In this document: positions 8,200 through 18,160 of the stretch, in pieces
Position numbering within the stretch: position 1 is the first letter of the stretch
How the letters are laid out: each line of letters opens with the position of its first letter
DNA from: a virus
Taxonomy: Duplodnaviria; Heunggongvirae; Uroviricota; Caudoviricetes
Reading direction: 5' to 3' (one strand)
DNA length: 36,051 nucleotides
Virus record (IMG/VR): IMGVR_UViG_2579778871_000005
The notes under the pieces: generated by a model
What the model saw: the letters and a program-made list of their open reading frames with translations, nothing else
Told to the model about the DNA's origin: nothing
The model's database searches: none
Translations under genes and position numbers: made by a program

Positions 8200-9182
8200 T
8201 ACACGCTCCTTGTAATGATTGCTGCCGCCAGCCTGCTAACGGCAGGGGAGCACTCTTCCATCAGCGACTGGCCGTTGCGCACAACGTCCAGTGCCTGCGA
8301 AAAAACAGTGGTGAAATTGTCCAGACTGATATCCTCAAACCCGGTCAGGGTGCCGCTGATTTCGTCATAAATCTGCGAGGCGTATTGCCCGACGTCGCCA
8401 AGAACATCTGCAAGTACGCTGCCGTCTGTGATGTCCGTCAGCGTTTGCAGCACATCGTCCAGGGGGGACAATACATCGTCGAGAATATCTTCCAGCGGAG
8501 AGACCACCTCGTCCAGCATCTCCTCCAGCGGTCCCAGTACATCATCAACAAGATCCCCGACTTGTTCCATTGCTTCTCCAATGGCGTCCTCGACCTGTCC
8601 CGCCATATCTTCTGCCCACGACACCGCCTCATCGAACGCCTGCGCAGCGGCATCCAGCGCATCCGATACCTCACCCAGCCCGTCAGTAATATCGCCCAGG
8701 TCTTCGAACATATCGCTGCCAGAAAAACTGTCATCAGCATCGTCAGACCATGAGTCAATATTCGGATCATCCCCGGACACCGCAGGTGGCGTCAGGGGAT
8801 TTTTCGGATCGCCGATGTACTCCTTCAGCGACAGCTCCGCACTTAACGCCTGCACATTGCCGAGGCCATCGGTCTGCTGGCTGGTTGCCCGGATATCGGT
8901 GATCACAAACCAGCCGCGATAGTCACCGTTGCCGAACACCAGCGCCAGCGCCTGATGTGCCACCATCGCGTCACGCAGCCGCGCCAGTTCAACATCCGGC
9001 TGGCAATAGTGTTCGTGGAACACCAGGCTGATACTCACTTCATCCAGCTTTTCGCCGATAAACTGCAACCCCGGCTTACCTTCGATACGTGAGTGCTCGG
9101 CATAATCCATGCCAAACGACGCATCAAAACCGTCCCAGTAGGTCACCACCTCAAACTCAATATCACCCAGTACGGCAAACAT
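8199..9182 (-). CDS. Tail protein, P2 gpU-like N-terminal domain with acidic repeat-rich C-terminus
   Basis: 327-aa ORF immediately downstream of the tape measure gene; C-terminal half made of degenerate acidic repeats (DxxxDVLSPLEDxLDxV). Confidence 0.5.
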   Translation of the reverse strand: MFAVLGDIEFEVVTYWDGFDASFGMDYAEHSRIEGKPGLQFIGEKLDEVSISLVFHEHYCQPDVELARLRDAMVAHQALALVFGNGDYRGWFVITDIRATSQQTDGLGNVQALSAELSLKEYIGDPKNPLTPPAVSGDDPNIDSWSDDADDSFSGSDMFEDLGDITDGLGEVSDALDAAAQAFDEAVSWAEDMAGQVEDAIGEAMEQVGDLVDDVLGPLEEMLDEVVSPLEDILDDVLSPLDDVLQTLTDITDGSVLADVLGDVGQYASQIYDEISGTLTGFEDISLDNFTTVFSQALDVVRNGQSLMEECSPAVSRLAAAIITRSV

Positions 9183-11944
9183 TACGCATACTCCCGGCGT
9201 TCACGACGCGCCATAATCCGCTCCATCATCTTCTCCAGTTCGTGCAGGCTCAGTTTCAGCGCAGAAGTGATTTCGCCTTCGGTAGCCGATGCCGCGCCCT
9301 TGATAGTAATTTGCGGCGCAAAGGTCACATTCACCCCGGATGACTGCCCCGGTACATGCACACTGGCATTGCGCCCTTTGGCGGCAGGAGCATTACTTTT
9401 TGGTAGTTCAGGAACGGCAGGCGCGGCGGCTTTCGGTGGCACTGGCGGAAGCGGTTTGGGGCGGGATAACACTGCGCCCGCTGCTCCGGCCAGCGCCATA
9501 CCCGCCGCAGAGGGCGCAGGCGGTGCGGCTTTCGACAGCAGTGGATTGAACTGGGGAGCGATGACGCCCGTCACTGGCGCAATCTTTGGTATCGGAGCAA
9601 CATCCAGCCCCGGTACGCTGATATCCGGCAGTGGAGGAATTAACGCCGCCGCCATTTGCTGACTGGCGGAAATCGCATCCGGGGCGGTGCGGTTGATACC
9701 AATAGCGGCCCCTTGCGCGATATTATCGCCGAACCCGGCAAAGACCTGGCTGGGGGAGTGAATACCCAGCGTCTCTTTAAACCAGCCGGAAATGGAGTTA
9801 CCAAAATTGACGACCGTCTCTTTCGCGGCGGTCAGCGCATTGCCGATACCGTTCACCAGACCGTTAATCAGATTGCCGCCAAAATCGGTAAAGTTCTTCG
9901 GCATATCGATACCGAAGTATTTCATCACCCCGGCAAAGGCTTTACAGAACAACCCCAGCGGCGACCAGTTCATAATTAATCTGCCGACGCCCGCGATACC
10001 GCCAGAAAACGCGGTCTTAATCTGTGCCCAGATACCGGAGAACCAGCCTGTCACGCCGCTCCAGATACCTTTGATGCCGCTCCATGCCCCGCGAAACGCT
10101 ACCGTGACCTGCGCCCACAGCCGTTTAAAGAAAGCGGATATTGGCCCCCAGTAGCGATAAATCAGATACGCGGCCACGGCGATGCCGGTGATGATTAACC
10201 CGATGGGATTCATCAGCAGCGCACGGCCAAGAAACAATACCGCCCGTCCGGCCATCATCAGACCACGCAGCAGCCCACTGCCCAGAATTTTTGCCAGCTT
10301 TAAAGCGCTACGTCCCAGTGAAGTTAGCATCCGCGTTACCACATGGAATCTGCCCCCTGTCGAAAATGCGACTTTAAGGAACAACCAGCGGGTCCTTAGT
10401 AGTTCAACGGCTTTGATACAGTCAGCAAAGGGAGAAAGCATTAAGTTCAGCGCCAGTTTGCAGCCCACCGTTGCCGCTTTAAAGGCAATAAATCCAGCGA
10501 GTAGTTTGGCAACCGTCGCGACCATCTCCGGGTTTGCCGCGAGCCATTTACTGAACGAATCCAATACGGGTAACAGACTTTCCGATAATTCAACCAGTGC
10601 CGGGCGAAGCGAACTACCTATGCTGATTGCAATTTCATTCATCGCAACTTGAGATTTTCGCCACCGGGCTTCCAGCGTGTTATTTTGTTTACCAAAGTCG
10701 GTATCCAACGCATTTTGCGATCCAGGATCACTCATCTGGGCCTTATTAGACTGATATTTATCCCAGTTCTGCCGCATCGAAAGTAGATGATTGACGGTCT
10801 GAATATCGGTAAACACCTCTGACAGACCGAACGACTCCATCAATTTTTGCTGTGCTTCGCCGTCACCGCTTGCGCCAGCTTCCTGCCACTGCTTAATAAA
10901 TGCATCACCTTTTCCCTTAATAAAGCGATCCGCAATCATCAAGGAAGCTTCATATTGTGAATAACCTTTGGCGACGTAATCCTGCATTGACGCCTCATAG
11001 TCTACGCCCGCTTTTTCATATTTCTTAACGGTGTCACCGCGCGTCATTGCAGCCATCCAGTTAGTCATATTGGTCACAGCTTCTTCTGCTGAACCTGAAC
11101 CTTTTGCTGCCTCAAGAGATGCAACGATCTCCTTAATTGCCTCCGGCCCGGTAATGCCTTTGGCGGCAAAGCTTTTCGCCAGGGTGGGGAGAGCTTTAGC
11201 CATATCCTTTAATTCAAAGGAACCGGTCTTTGCACCGACGGCTGCCATTGCAAAGGCTTCTTCCATCTCCTTACCATCACCAATCTTCAGCGCATCGCTG
11301 AATGCATATGTCATCTTCGCCAGATCGGTCATATCGGCTTTGGTGGCGGTGGCCGTTTTACCGAGTAATTCCACCATGCCAGCTGCTTTTTCAGGATTCA
11401 TACCGTCTGCAACCAGTTGATTCACACCGCCGAGCAGTGTTTCCTGCAGTTGGTTTACCTGGCCCGCGGCCTGACGGATGGCATTACCAATAGCCACTTC
11501 CTGTTTATCATTAAGGTTGCCTGTGACGGCGATATCCCGTAAGCCGGACTCAAATCCTGCGTAGGTCTTAACAGACGATACGAACGGAGCCGACATTGTT
11601 CTTGCAAGGGCATAGGTTTCTGCCCCCTGGGCATACAGATTCATCCGCTGATTGCGTAAGGCCTGACTACGCGCGGCAGATGCTGACAATCTTGCCTGTT
11701 GATTCTGTAACTGCTGGAGAGTGCGTGAAACACGCTGTAAATCAGCGTTCAACCTGTTCGCTACGCTCCCCCCCAAATGACCGTAACGGGCAAGAGCGTC
11801 GTTCAGGGCGTTCTGTTGAGTGCGTAACCGCTGTGTTGATCTGCCTAAATCGGTTAACGCGCTGCGCGTTCCCCCCATTGCAGAACGAAACGCCCCGCTA
11901 ATTGCACCACCAATCAGAACACTAATTGAAAGATCTGCGGCCAC
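9182..11944 (-). CDS. Tail tape measure protein
   Basis: 920-aa ORF, Ala/Gly-rich with coiled-coil-like N-terminus and internal hydrophobic segments, between the tail tube/chaperone and baseplate genes. Confidence 0.85.
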   Translation of the reverse strand: MAADLSISVLIGGAISGAFRSAMGGTRSALTDLGRSTQRLRTQQNALNDALARYGHLGGSVANRLNADLQRVSRTLQQLQNQQARLSASAARSQALRNQRMNLYAQGAETYALARTMSAPFVSSVKTYAGFESGLRDIAVTGNLNDKQEVAIGNAIRQAAGQVNQLQETLLGGVNQLVADGMNPEKAAGMVELLGKTATATKADMTDLAKMTYAFSDALKIGDGKEMEEAFAMAAVGAKTGSFELKDMAKALPTLAKSFAAKGITGPEAIKEIVASLEAAKGSGSAEEAVTNMTNWMAAMTRGDTVKKYEKAGVDYEASMQDYVAKGYSQYEASLMIADRFIKGKGDAFIKQWQEAGASGDGEAQQKLMESFGLSEVFTDIQTVNHLLSMRQNWDKYQSNKAQMSDPGSQNALDTDFGKQNNTLEARWRKSQVAMNEIAISIGSSLRPALVELSESLLPVLDSFSKWLAANPEMVATVAKLLAGFIAFKAATVGCKLALNLMLSPFADCIKAVELLRTRWLFLKVAFSTGGRFHVVTRMLTSLGRSALKLAKILGSGLLRGLMMAGRAVLFLGRALLMNPIGLIITGIAVAAYLIYRYWGPISAFFKRLWAQVTVAFRGAWSGIKGIWSGVTGWFSGIWAQIKTAFSGGIAGVGRLIMNWSPLGLFCKAFAGVMKYFGIDMPKNFTDFGGNLINGLVNGIGNALTAAKETVVNFGNSISGWFKETLGIHSPSQVFAGFGDNIAQGAAIGINRTAPDAISASQQMAAALIPPLPDISVPGLDVAPIPKIAPVTGVIAPQFNPLLSKAAPPAPSAAGMALAGAAGAVLSRPKPLPPVPPKAAAPAVPELPKSNAPAAKGRNASVHVPGQSSGVNVTFAPQITIKGAASATEGEITSALKLSLHELEKMMERIMARRERREYA

Positions 11945-11982
11945 GTTTTACACTCCCGAAAACCACACGAAAAAGAGGCGTT

Positions 11983-12261
11983 ATGAACAACGCATTAGCT
12001 TTGTTTAAAGGACTATTGATCGCTGCGATTGTGGTGGTAGATGGCTGGGCGCTATTTCAGGTGGTCAGCTACACCTTACAGAATTGCCATAATGGACTGG
12101 CGATTGTGTTAATGATTGGTGTGGGCAGCATTGGCGTCCTGTTACTGACAGCCCTGATGGCCTGGGTAATACAGCCCGCCGTTTATTTACTGACTTTCCT
12201 GTTTGCCATTATCGGCGGTATTACCGAATGGGTACTCAACCGCCGCCGCTCTCACGCTTAA
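11983..12261 (+). CDS. Small membrane protein (about 3 TM helices), transcribed antisense to the tail operon
   Basis: ORF 11926..12261 plus; likely ATG at 11983 preceded by AAGAGG (11973-11978); product MNNALALFKGLLIAAIVVVDGWALFQ... is strongly hydrophobic; fills the gap between the chaperone and tape measure genes where no minus-strand ORF of 60 aa or more exists. Confidence 0.45.
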   Translation: MNNALALFKGLLIAAIVVVDGWALFQVVSYTLQNCHNGLAIVLMIGVGSIGVLLLTALMAWVIQPAVYLLTFLFAIIGGITEWVLNRRRSHA

Positions 12262-12335
12262 TCTGGGCGCTGGCCTCATCAAGCCAGCGTTCAAAATCCC
12301 CAACCGCCAGATTGTCAATTTCCCCCGGCTGAAAT

Positions 12336-12653
12336 CTAAACCACCGCGCCAGCAGTGCCATCGCCTGCCACAGTTGCTGCGGATTCGCCGCCCAGCCCAA
12401 GCATGTCCTGAAATCGTTTCTGCAGTGCCTGATAATCAGCCAGATCCATTTCAGCCAGGTCTTCCGGCACCAGCCCGGTCATTGCCGCTAACAGCGGCTC
12501 GTCCCAGTCTTCCGGCTTATCGCTGATACGCCGCGCCGCGCGCATATCTTTCACCTTCAGGCGAGTGAGTTGCAGCTCGTCGATGCGCTGCCCGGAGGGC
12601 GCGGTGAAAGGGTATTGCAGTTTGAAAGTGTTTTTCATGGTGACTGTCCTCAT
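12336..12653 (-). CDS. Tail assembly chaperone (P2 gpE-like), putative; start uncertain
   Basis: 105-aa ORF directly downstream of the tail tube gene, the usual chaperone position; no frameshift-extension ORF detected by eye. Confidence 0.45.
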   Translation of the reverse strand: MRTVTMKNTFKLQYPFTAPSGQRIDELQLTRLKVKDMRAARRISDKPEDWDEPLLAAMTGLVPEDLAEMDLADYQALQKRFQDMLGLGGESAATVAGDGTAGAVV

Positions 12654-12717
12654 CGAATGATGAGGACAGTATTGAGGAGGGAATAAACAAACAGTATTAA
12701 ACGGCTTTAATGAGCGG

Positions 12718-13242
12718 TTAGCCTCCGATATTACTGCGGTAAGTGCTTAATTGATCCACGCCATTCACTTTGAAGATATTCGCCAGATAATCCAGCTCCA
12801 GCAATGTCTCGCCGTCCACCACCTGCTTGATATAGGTGCAGCTAAAGGCACTGGAAAAATCCGGATTCTCATGTTGCTTAAACGTCCCCAGCGGATTCTT
12901 CTTGAACATTACCGTAAGGTGCGTCACCAGCGGGATTTCATCGATACGCCCCGTTGAGTTATAGCGGTCGATAGACGAACGGCACTGCAATGCCAGCGAT
13001 TTATACGGGTTAGCCGCATGACGCATCACCTCACGATAGAAGCTGTTCCACTTGATTTCGCCTTCCAGTTTGTCGAACCCGGCGGGCAACTCAATCTTAC
13101 CCACCATCCCCAGCGCCTTATGCTCCTGCATAATCATGCTGATATCCGGCAGCTTAATCTCCTCCGCGCGGCCCAGCAGGTTATTGCCGTTGATATAGAT
13201 ATTGGCGTTGGTAATACGGTTAACTTCAATTTTTCCGCCCAT
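12718..13242 (-). CDS. Tail tube protein
   Basis: 174-aa ORF immediately downstream of the sheath gene (stop/start overlap at 13242); size and position typical of contractile-tail tube proteins. Confidence 0.7.
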   Translation of the reverse strand: MGGKIEVNRITNANIYINGNNLLGRAEEIKLPDISMIMQEHKALGMVGKIELPAGFDKLEGEIKWNSFYREVMRHAANPYKSLALQCRSSIDRYNSTGRIDEIPLVTHLTVMFKKNPLGTFKQHENPDFSSAFSCTYIKQVVDGETLLELDYLANIFKVNGVDQLSTYRSNIGG

Positions 13243-14651
13243 CAGCGTTTACCTTCCAGATTAACCAGATATTCCGAAGTGATTTCTGTCTCAAACGTCA
13301 GCCGTTCCAGCGGCGGAGGTGGCGTATATTTGTAACTCAGCAACAGATGGCCAGCGGCCAGTTCGGTCTGCTCGTTACGCGCCGGGTCATACCAGCACTC
13401 GAAGCCCAGTAGCGCACCATCGCCAATCAGCTTGCGGCCATAGGCGTTGACCGACTCAGTGAGCGCATCAATTAACGCCTGGTTAATCGGCATATCCAGA
13501 TACTGCTGACTGAAATAGCGGATCGACTCGTTAATTACATCACCGGTACGCCGCACGTTTTCAAAGTTGCGCATATGGGTAACGGTCGGCCACGCGGCGG
13601 TACGGTTGCCCCACAGGCGCATCCCGGTGCCGTAGCTGTTGAAAACGGTGGTGATGCCGTTTTCGTTCAGTTGGTTTACCTCGCTTTGTGGATCGTCAAT
13701 CATCGCCGACAGCGAACGCTCAACGCCAGTGATGCCGAGGATCTCCTGGTTAGAGTTGCTCCACCAGAAACCGTTATCTAAATCCACTTTGGCACGCAGG
13801 CCAGCGGCACGGGAGGAGAGCGGCTCCAGTCGTTCACTGTCGGTGGCCGCATCGTAAACTTTAACGTGCGGATAGCACAGACGGGCGCGTTCGGAGCTGG
13901 TGTTGAAGTTGATAACACCTCTGGCACCACGCCCGGACAATACCTGACTAAACGTAGTACCAATTGGAGCGTCAATATAGGTTATTGCATCCAGCTTCTC
14001 TGCCAGTGCGATCAGTTCTGTACTCACCGATCTTTGAGTACAGAACACCGGTGCAATGAGGATCTTGGCTTTAAACCCGTACAGGCTGTACGTATCCTCA
14101 AGCAACTTCATTCCTGTACGCTGACCTGCAATATTAATTGCACCAATGATATCTGCCGCCGTGACTGCGGATGGATTCAGATAACGATAGCTAATACTCA
14201 GCCCTGCGCCGACCATAAAAGTTGGCAGCGTAATGACCCCCGTGGCGGCGTCAACGCTGTAATCAGTTGCTACAACCACACTTGAACCATTCTTTACCAC
14301 TACATTACTGACAGCCCCCTGGGCTAATCTGATCTGATGATTGCTGTCAACTTTCAACGTGGCATTCGTCACACTATTAGAATGTTTTTCTGGATCAAAA
14401 ACGTTAATCACCACAACCGTTCCCGCACCGTGATCGTAGATCGCATCCAGTGCCTGCGGAATACTAAATCCAGTCAGTTGTGGTCCAAACTGTGCTGCGT
14501 CTTTCTCAGACAGACACAATACCGACTCATTGACCGGACCAACGGGAGCCGTGCCAACAAGACCAATTACCGCTGATTTAACGGTACGTACCGGGCGAGG
14601 GCCGCGCTCGATCTCAATAGTCTCGACGCCGTGCAAATAGTTAGCTGCCAC
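13242..14651 (-). CDS. Tail sheath protein
   Basis: 469-aa ORF at the sheath position, followed by tube, chaperone and tape measure; general resemblance to Mu L / P2 FI-type sheath proteins. Confidence 0.8.
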   Translation of the reverse strand: MAANYLHGVETIEIERGPRPVRTVKSAVIGLVGTAPVGPVNESVLCLSEKDAAQFGPQLTGFSIPQALDAIYDHGAGTVVVINVFDPEKHSNSVTNATLKVDSNHQIRLAQGAVSNVVVKNGSSVVVATDYSVDAATGVITLPTFMVGAGLSISYRYLNPSAVTAADIIGAINIAGQRTGMKLLEDTYSLYGFKAKILIAPVFCTQRSVSTELIALAEKLDAITYIDAPIGTTFSQVLSGRGARGVINFNTSSERARLCYPHVKVYDAATDSERLEPLSSRAAGLRAKVDLDNGFWWSNSNQEILGITGVERSLSAMIDDPQSEVNQLNENGITTVFNSYGTGMRLWGNRTAAWPTVTHMRNFENVRRTGDVINESIRYFSQQYLDMPINQALIDALTESVNAYGRKLIGDGALLGFECWYDPARNEQTELAAGHLLLSYKYTPPPPLERLTFETEITSEYLVNLEGKR

Positions 14652-14877
14652 TGGTTGCCTCCTTCTCTTTCTTACTTTTCAGTGGCTGCGGTTCAGATTC
14701 CGCATCTGCATCCACTGGGCTTTCTACTGTCACCGGCTTCAGATATTTAAGTGCCAATAACGTCTGCACGTAGTCATGTTCTTCCGGCAGTTCCACTTCG
14801 CTTTCCGGCCAGAGCAGCACTTCAGCGCCATCAGCCAGCGTTACGCCGCTGGCCGGGCCGTGGTAAATAAATTTCAT
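14641..14877 (-). CDS. Small hypothetical virion-module protein
   Basis: ORF 14641..15036; ATG at 14877 (MKFIYHGPASG...) overlaps the upstream stop (ATGA), giving a 78-aa acidic protein between the head-completion and sheath genes. Confidence 0.45.
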   Translation of the reverse strand: MKFIYHGPASGVTLADGAEVLLWPESEVELPEEHDYVQTLLALKYLKPVTVESPVDADAESEPQPLKSKKEKEATSGS

Positions 14878-15338
14878 GGTTGTTCCTCGTAGTTCACGGT
14901 AAACAGCAATGGCAGCTCGTCCACGTCGCTGTCCTCTACAAACATCGTTTCGGTGACGAACTCCAGCGCGTATTGCCAGAGTCCCGCCACTTCGCCAATA
15001 AAGGTGTCCTGCTTCAGCCGTATCGGGCGGTGACAATTCACCGGACGCCAGCCGCCGAGCGCACGGCGCACCAGTTCAAGTACCGCTACTGCCCCACCGC
15101 GCCCGTTCAACTGGCGCATGATGACCGTGGCGCACAGCGTGACGGTCTGCGCCTGAACCACCGCGCAGGTGTCATCCGGCAAGGCGTACTTCGAGCTGAT
15201 ATAACTCACCAGTACCGCGCCAGCCGGGTGGTTGAGCCGGAACTCTTCCGGCTTCTCCGGGAAATATTCCACCTGTAGCGCCGGGAGTTTGGTACGCAGC
15301 CGCGCCACCACGTCATCGACGATGGTCAATGTGTCCAT
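14874..15338 (-). CDS. Mu gp37-like head-tail joining protein, putative
   Basis: 154-aa ORF in the position of the uncharacterised Mu genes between major capsid and sheath; coupled start/stop with neighbours. Confidence 0.5.
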   Translation of the reverse strand: MDTLTIVDDVVARLRTKLPALQVEYFPEKPEEFRLNHPAGAVLVSYISSKYALPDDTCAVVQAQTVTLCATVIMRQLNGRGGAVAVLELVRRALGGWRPVNCHRPIRLKQDTFIGEVAGLWQYALEFVTETMFVEDSDVDELPLLFTVNYEEQP

Positions 15339-15781
15339 CAGTATTTCTCCAGCAGGCCGTTAGCGCCGCCAAACGTTGCCGCTCGCGCTCGCACCCGAAA
15401 CTCACCGGATTCCGGTACATCAGCTTCGGTGGATGGCAGGCCGAGCGTCATTTTGTTATCGCGGATATCCGCCAGTTGCTTCAGGGCGTCTTTGTAGTCG
15501 TCCTTTACCGCATCGGGCAGTGCGCCCTCCGGGCGGCGGGCATACAGGCGGTAACGGGTAATCGACACGGCTACGTCATGGATCACTGTTGGCACTTCCG
15601 GTAGCGGCAGCGTGTAGCGCCCGCGCAGGTAGGCATCGATGCGTTCCTGCGCATGGCGTATTGCTTCCTGCACCACGGCCTCATTCACCGTGGTCGCCGT
15701 GGCATCCTCATTCGACAGCCAGACCAGCGTCTGCCACGGCAGCGAAAGGGTGAGTTCGTCCAGGGTGCAGTAGTCCATCAT
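15338..15781 (-). CDS. Mu gp36-like (DUF1320-type) head completion protein, putative
   Basis: 147-aa ORF downstream of the capsid region; synteny with Mu-like head modules. Confidence 0.5.
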   Translation of the reverse strand: MMDYCTLDELTLSLPWQTLVWLSNEDATATTVNEAVVQEAIRHAQERIDAYLRGRYTLPLPEVPTVIHDVAVSITRYRLYARRPEGALPDAVKDDYKDALKQLADIRDNKMTLGLPSTEADVPESGEFRVRARAATFGGANGLLEKY

Positions 15782-16122
15782 CAGGCCCCGCGCAGAATGC
15801 GCACCGTATCGCCCGCCTGCGTTGCCGCATCCAGCGCGATTCCGGCGACAGCATTGCTGCCCGTTTTCGCAATGGCGCGGCCTCCAGCGTCGGACTGGAC
15901 GGATGCACCGGCTTCAATCGCTGCGCCTGCTTCAACAGCAATAATCCCCAGCACATTGACGCCAACGGCGTCCTCTGCGTTGGCATCGGTTTCCGCGACG
16001 CCGAGAACGGCTTTACCCGCCGCGCAGACCTTGCCGTCGAAGCCGACAAAGTGCTGCTGGAGAATGATGTCAACGGCAACGACAGTGGTGGTCAGAATGA
16101 CCTGTTGAGTGACGGCCATCAT
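15781..16122 (-). CDS. Ala/Gly/Val-rich small protein after the major capsid gene
   Basis: 113-aa ORF whose start overlaps the capsid stop (ATGA at 16119-16122). Confidence 0.45.
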   Translation of the reverse strand: MMAVTQQVILTTTVVAVDIILQQHFVGFDGKVCAAGKAVLGVAETDANAEDAVGVNVLGIIAVEAGAAIEAGASVQSDAGGRAIAKTGSNAVAGIALDAATQAGDTVRILRGA

Positions 16123-17057
16123 GCACCTCCTTTGAGGCCAGAGAGCAGGAACCCGGCGTCAGAACCAACCACGACCACCTTATAGATATCGGTATAACGA
16201 CAGTGATGGACTTTACCGCCCACTGCGTCGTACTGATCGATAACAGGCATCCCCTTGCGGCGGAAGGTATAGCCGAACGACGGCTCATTCTCATCAGCCG
16301 ACGTCGCGCCCCCCTGCGGCGGCGTGACGTAGTGGCCCATCAGGTTGTCTTTCCAGAGGTCTGCGGTTTTGCCGTCTTTACCCAGCGATACCGGGTTACC
16401 GACTACGATTTCATCCACACCGAACAGTTCTTTGAGGATATCGGTGGTAATAATCTTGCGTTCGTTCGCGCCGATAGCAGCCTGAATCACCGGGTGGAAT
16501 TTCAGCAGCGTCATCACCGATGCGCCCATCGTGATAATGTTCGGGCGCAGGCCTACGTTATTACGCACTGCATCCATATGGGTCTCAACGTCGCGCAGCG
16601 GGTCGCCGTGACCGTTAGCCCAGCAGTCCGCCGCAGTGAAAGCCTTTTTCGCATTGGACTTGTAAATCTTCGCATCCTGCGCCAGCGCAGCCGCATAAAC
16701 TTCACGGCGCAGCAGGATGCCATTGGTGGCGCGGCGGGTAGCTTTTGCCTCTTCGTCGAAGATACTCTCCGCGCTCTCGCGATAATCCACCGGCACGGCC
16801 AGATCGTGTTCATCCAGCACAATATCCACCGAACCGGTCTTCTCGCGGATCATGACGTTACTGTCAGCCCCCACGGCGCGTTTCGTCTCATAGACCGCAA
16901 ACACGCCGTTGCCAAACGTCGGCACCGTTGCACCTTCTTTCTCCATTTCCACAATCGGGAAAATCTTCTCCCCGATAAACGCCGCGTTCTTATAACCACG
17001 CGCAACGGTGGTCAGAATAGGGTTAACGACGCGTTTACCCTGTAAATGATTTGGCAT
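16119..17057 (-). CDS. Major capsid protein, Mu gpT-like
   Basis: 312-aa ORF following the protease/scaffold gene; size, position and general composition match Mu-type major head subunits. Confidence 0.75.
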   Translation of the reverse strand: MPNHLQGKRVVNPILTTVARGYKNAAFIGEKIFPIVEMEKEGATVPTFGNGVFAVYETKRAVGADSNVMIREKTGSVDIVLDEHDLAVPVDYRESAESIFDEEAKATRRATNGILLRREVYAAALAQDAKIYKSNAKKAFTAADCWANGHGDPLRDVETHMDAVRNNVGLRPNIITMGASVMTLLKFHPVIQAAIGANERKIITTDILKELFGVDEIVVGNPVSLGKDGKTADLWKDNLMGHYVTPPQGGATSADENEPSFGYTFRRKGMPVIDQYDAVGGKVHHCRYTDIYKVVVVGSDAGFLLSGLKGGA

Positions 17058-17068
17058 TCTTTTCTCCT

Positions 17069-18160
17069 TTATAAGCAGCGTTTAACGGCGGCTTCGTAGC
17101 TGATGCCTTCCGCTTTCGCCAGCGCCACGGCCTTGTTATGCACCGCCAGTTGCTCCGGGTCGGCATCGGCAAAATCGACGGTGCGCACGGTATCGCGGCT
17201 GGCGCGGTCTTTGCTGGCAACTTCGCCGAAGTCCAATACCGGCGCAGCACTCGTCAGCAGTTCTTTAAACGCCGTCGCCAGCGGTTTCTTCACATCGCCC
17301 TCGGCGAACTCCACCGGCGCATCGCCTTTGCTTACTTCATCCAGCAGCGCGACGACCACGCCTTTAGCCGCAGGCGTCAACTTGCCGCCGGTCACCAGTT
17401 CCTCGGCAAAGGAAACATTGGTGGTGTGCAGTTCGTCGGCACGGCGTTTTACATCAGCTTTCGCGCGGTCAGCAGCGTCGGCTTTCAGGCGGGCGTTCTC
17501 TTCGCGCATCGCCTTAATTTCTTCTTCAGTCACGGATTTCTCCTTTGGTTCAGGTTTTGGCTCACTGAAAGCCGGGTCGGGTTTGGGGTCATCACGCTGC
17601 GCCTCATCGCGTAGCGCATCGATTTGCCAGGACGGCAAAACGCTGTCGGCCTCGTCGAGGCTGAACTTGCTGATCAGGAAATCGCGCAGGCGGGCAAACA
17701 TCCCTGCGCTGGTTGAAAGTCCCCAGTCGGCGAACTCGACCACGCCTTCCTCCTGCTCGCTGAACTCGACGGGTTTTAAGCCTTTTACGGCAGGCGGTTG
17801 TGCGCCAAGAAAGCCAACATGGCGCAGATACAACGAACCGGGCTTCGGGTTATTGGGCGAATCAGGCAAATAGAACGAGGCCGAAATTTTCTTGTAGCGC
17901 CCGGCTCCAACCAGTTCGACGAACGCCGGATCTACCTGGTCAGGCTCGGCCTGCAAATCATCCTGCGAGGCGGTTAACGACTTCACCCAGCCATAAGCCG
18001 GGGCGTCATGCGTCGGATGGCCGATAACCAGCGGCGCTTCATGTACCGCCGGATCATAAGCGGCTGCACAAGCAGCCAGCTCAGCCGATGTGAACGGCAT
18101 CCGCTTACCGTTCATCGCGGTATGCGTGCCGGATTTAAAGATATGAATGGATGCGGGCAT
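17069..18160 (-). CDS. Head protease/scaffold protein, Mu gpI-like
   Basis: 363-aa ORF upstream of the capsid gene; N-terminal domain followed by a charged coiled-coil/Pro-rich linker (..KPDPAFSEPKPEPKEKSVTEEEIKAMREENARLKADAADRAKADVKRRADE..). Confidence 0.65.
   Translation of the reverse strand: MPASIHIFKSGTHTAMNGKRMPFTSAELAACAAAYDPAVHEAPLVIGHPTHDAPAYGWVKSLTASQDDLQAEPDQVDPAFVELVGAGRYKKISASFYLPDSPNNPKPGSLYLRHVGFLGAQPPAVKGLKPVEFSEQEEGVVEFADWGLSTSAGMFARLRDFLISKFSLDEADSVLPSWQIDALRDEAQRDDPKPDPAFSEPKPEPKEKSVTEEEIKAMREENARLKADAADRAKADVKRRADELHTTNVSFAEELVTGGKLTPAAKGVVVALLDEVSKGDAPVEFAEGDVKKPLATAFKELLTSAAPVLDFGEVASKDRASRDTVRTVDFADADPEQLAVHNKAVALAKAEGISYEAAVKRCL

Noticed and set aside
8428-8922. Plus-strand Ser-rich 164-aa ORF and minus-strand 110-aa ORF 8438-8770
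   Set aside because: Overlap the acidic-repeat region of the U-like tail gene in other frames; the repeats create long open frames on both strands; spurious.
14874-16122. Specific DUF numbers for the three small genes between capsid and sheath
   Set aside because: Only synteny supports these; I cannot verify family membership without profile searches, so they are reported as Mu gp36/gp37-like by position only.
16203-17045. Plus-strand 280-aa ORF
   Set aside because: Lies entirely antisense to the major capsid gene, is Arg/His-rich with no motif or ribosome-binding site; shadow ORF.
17103-17873. Plus-strand 256-aa Ser/Ala-rich ORF and overlapping 158-aa ORF
   Set aside because: Antisense to the protease/scaffold gene; low-complexity; no translation signals.
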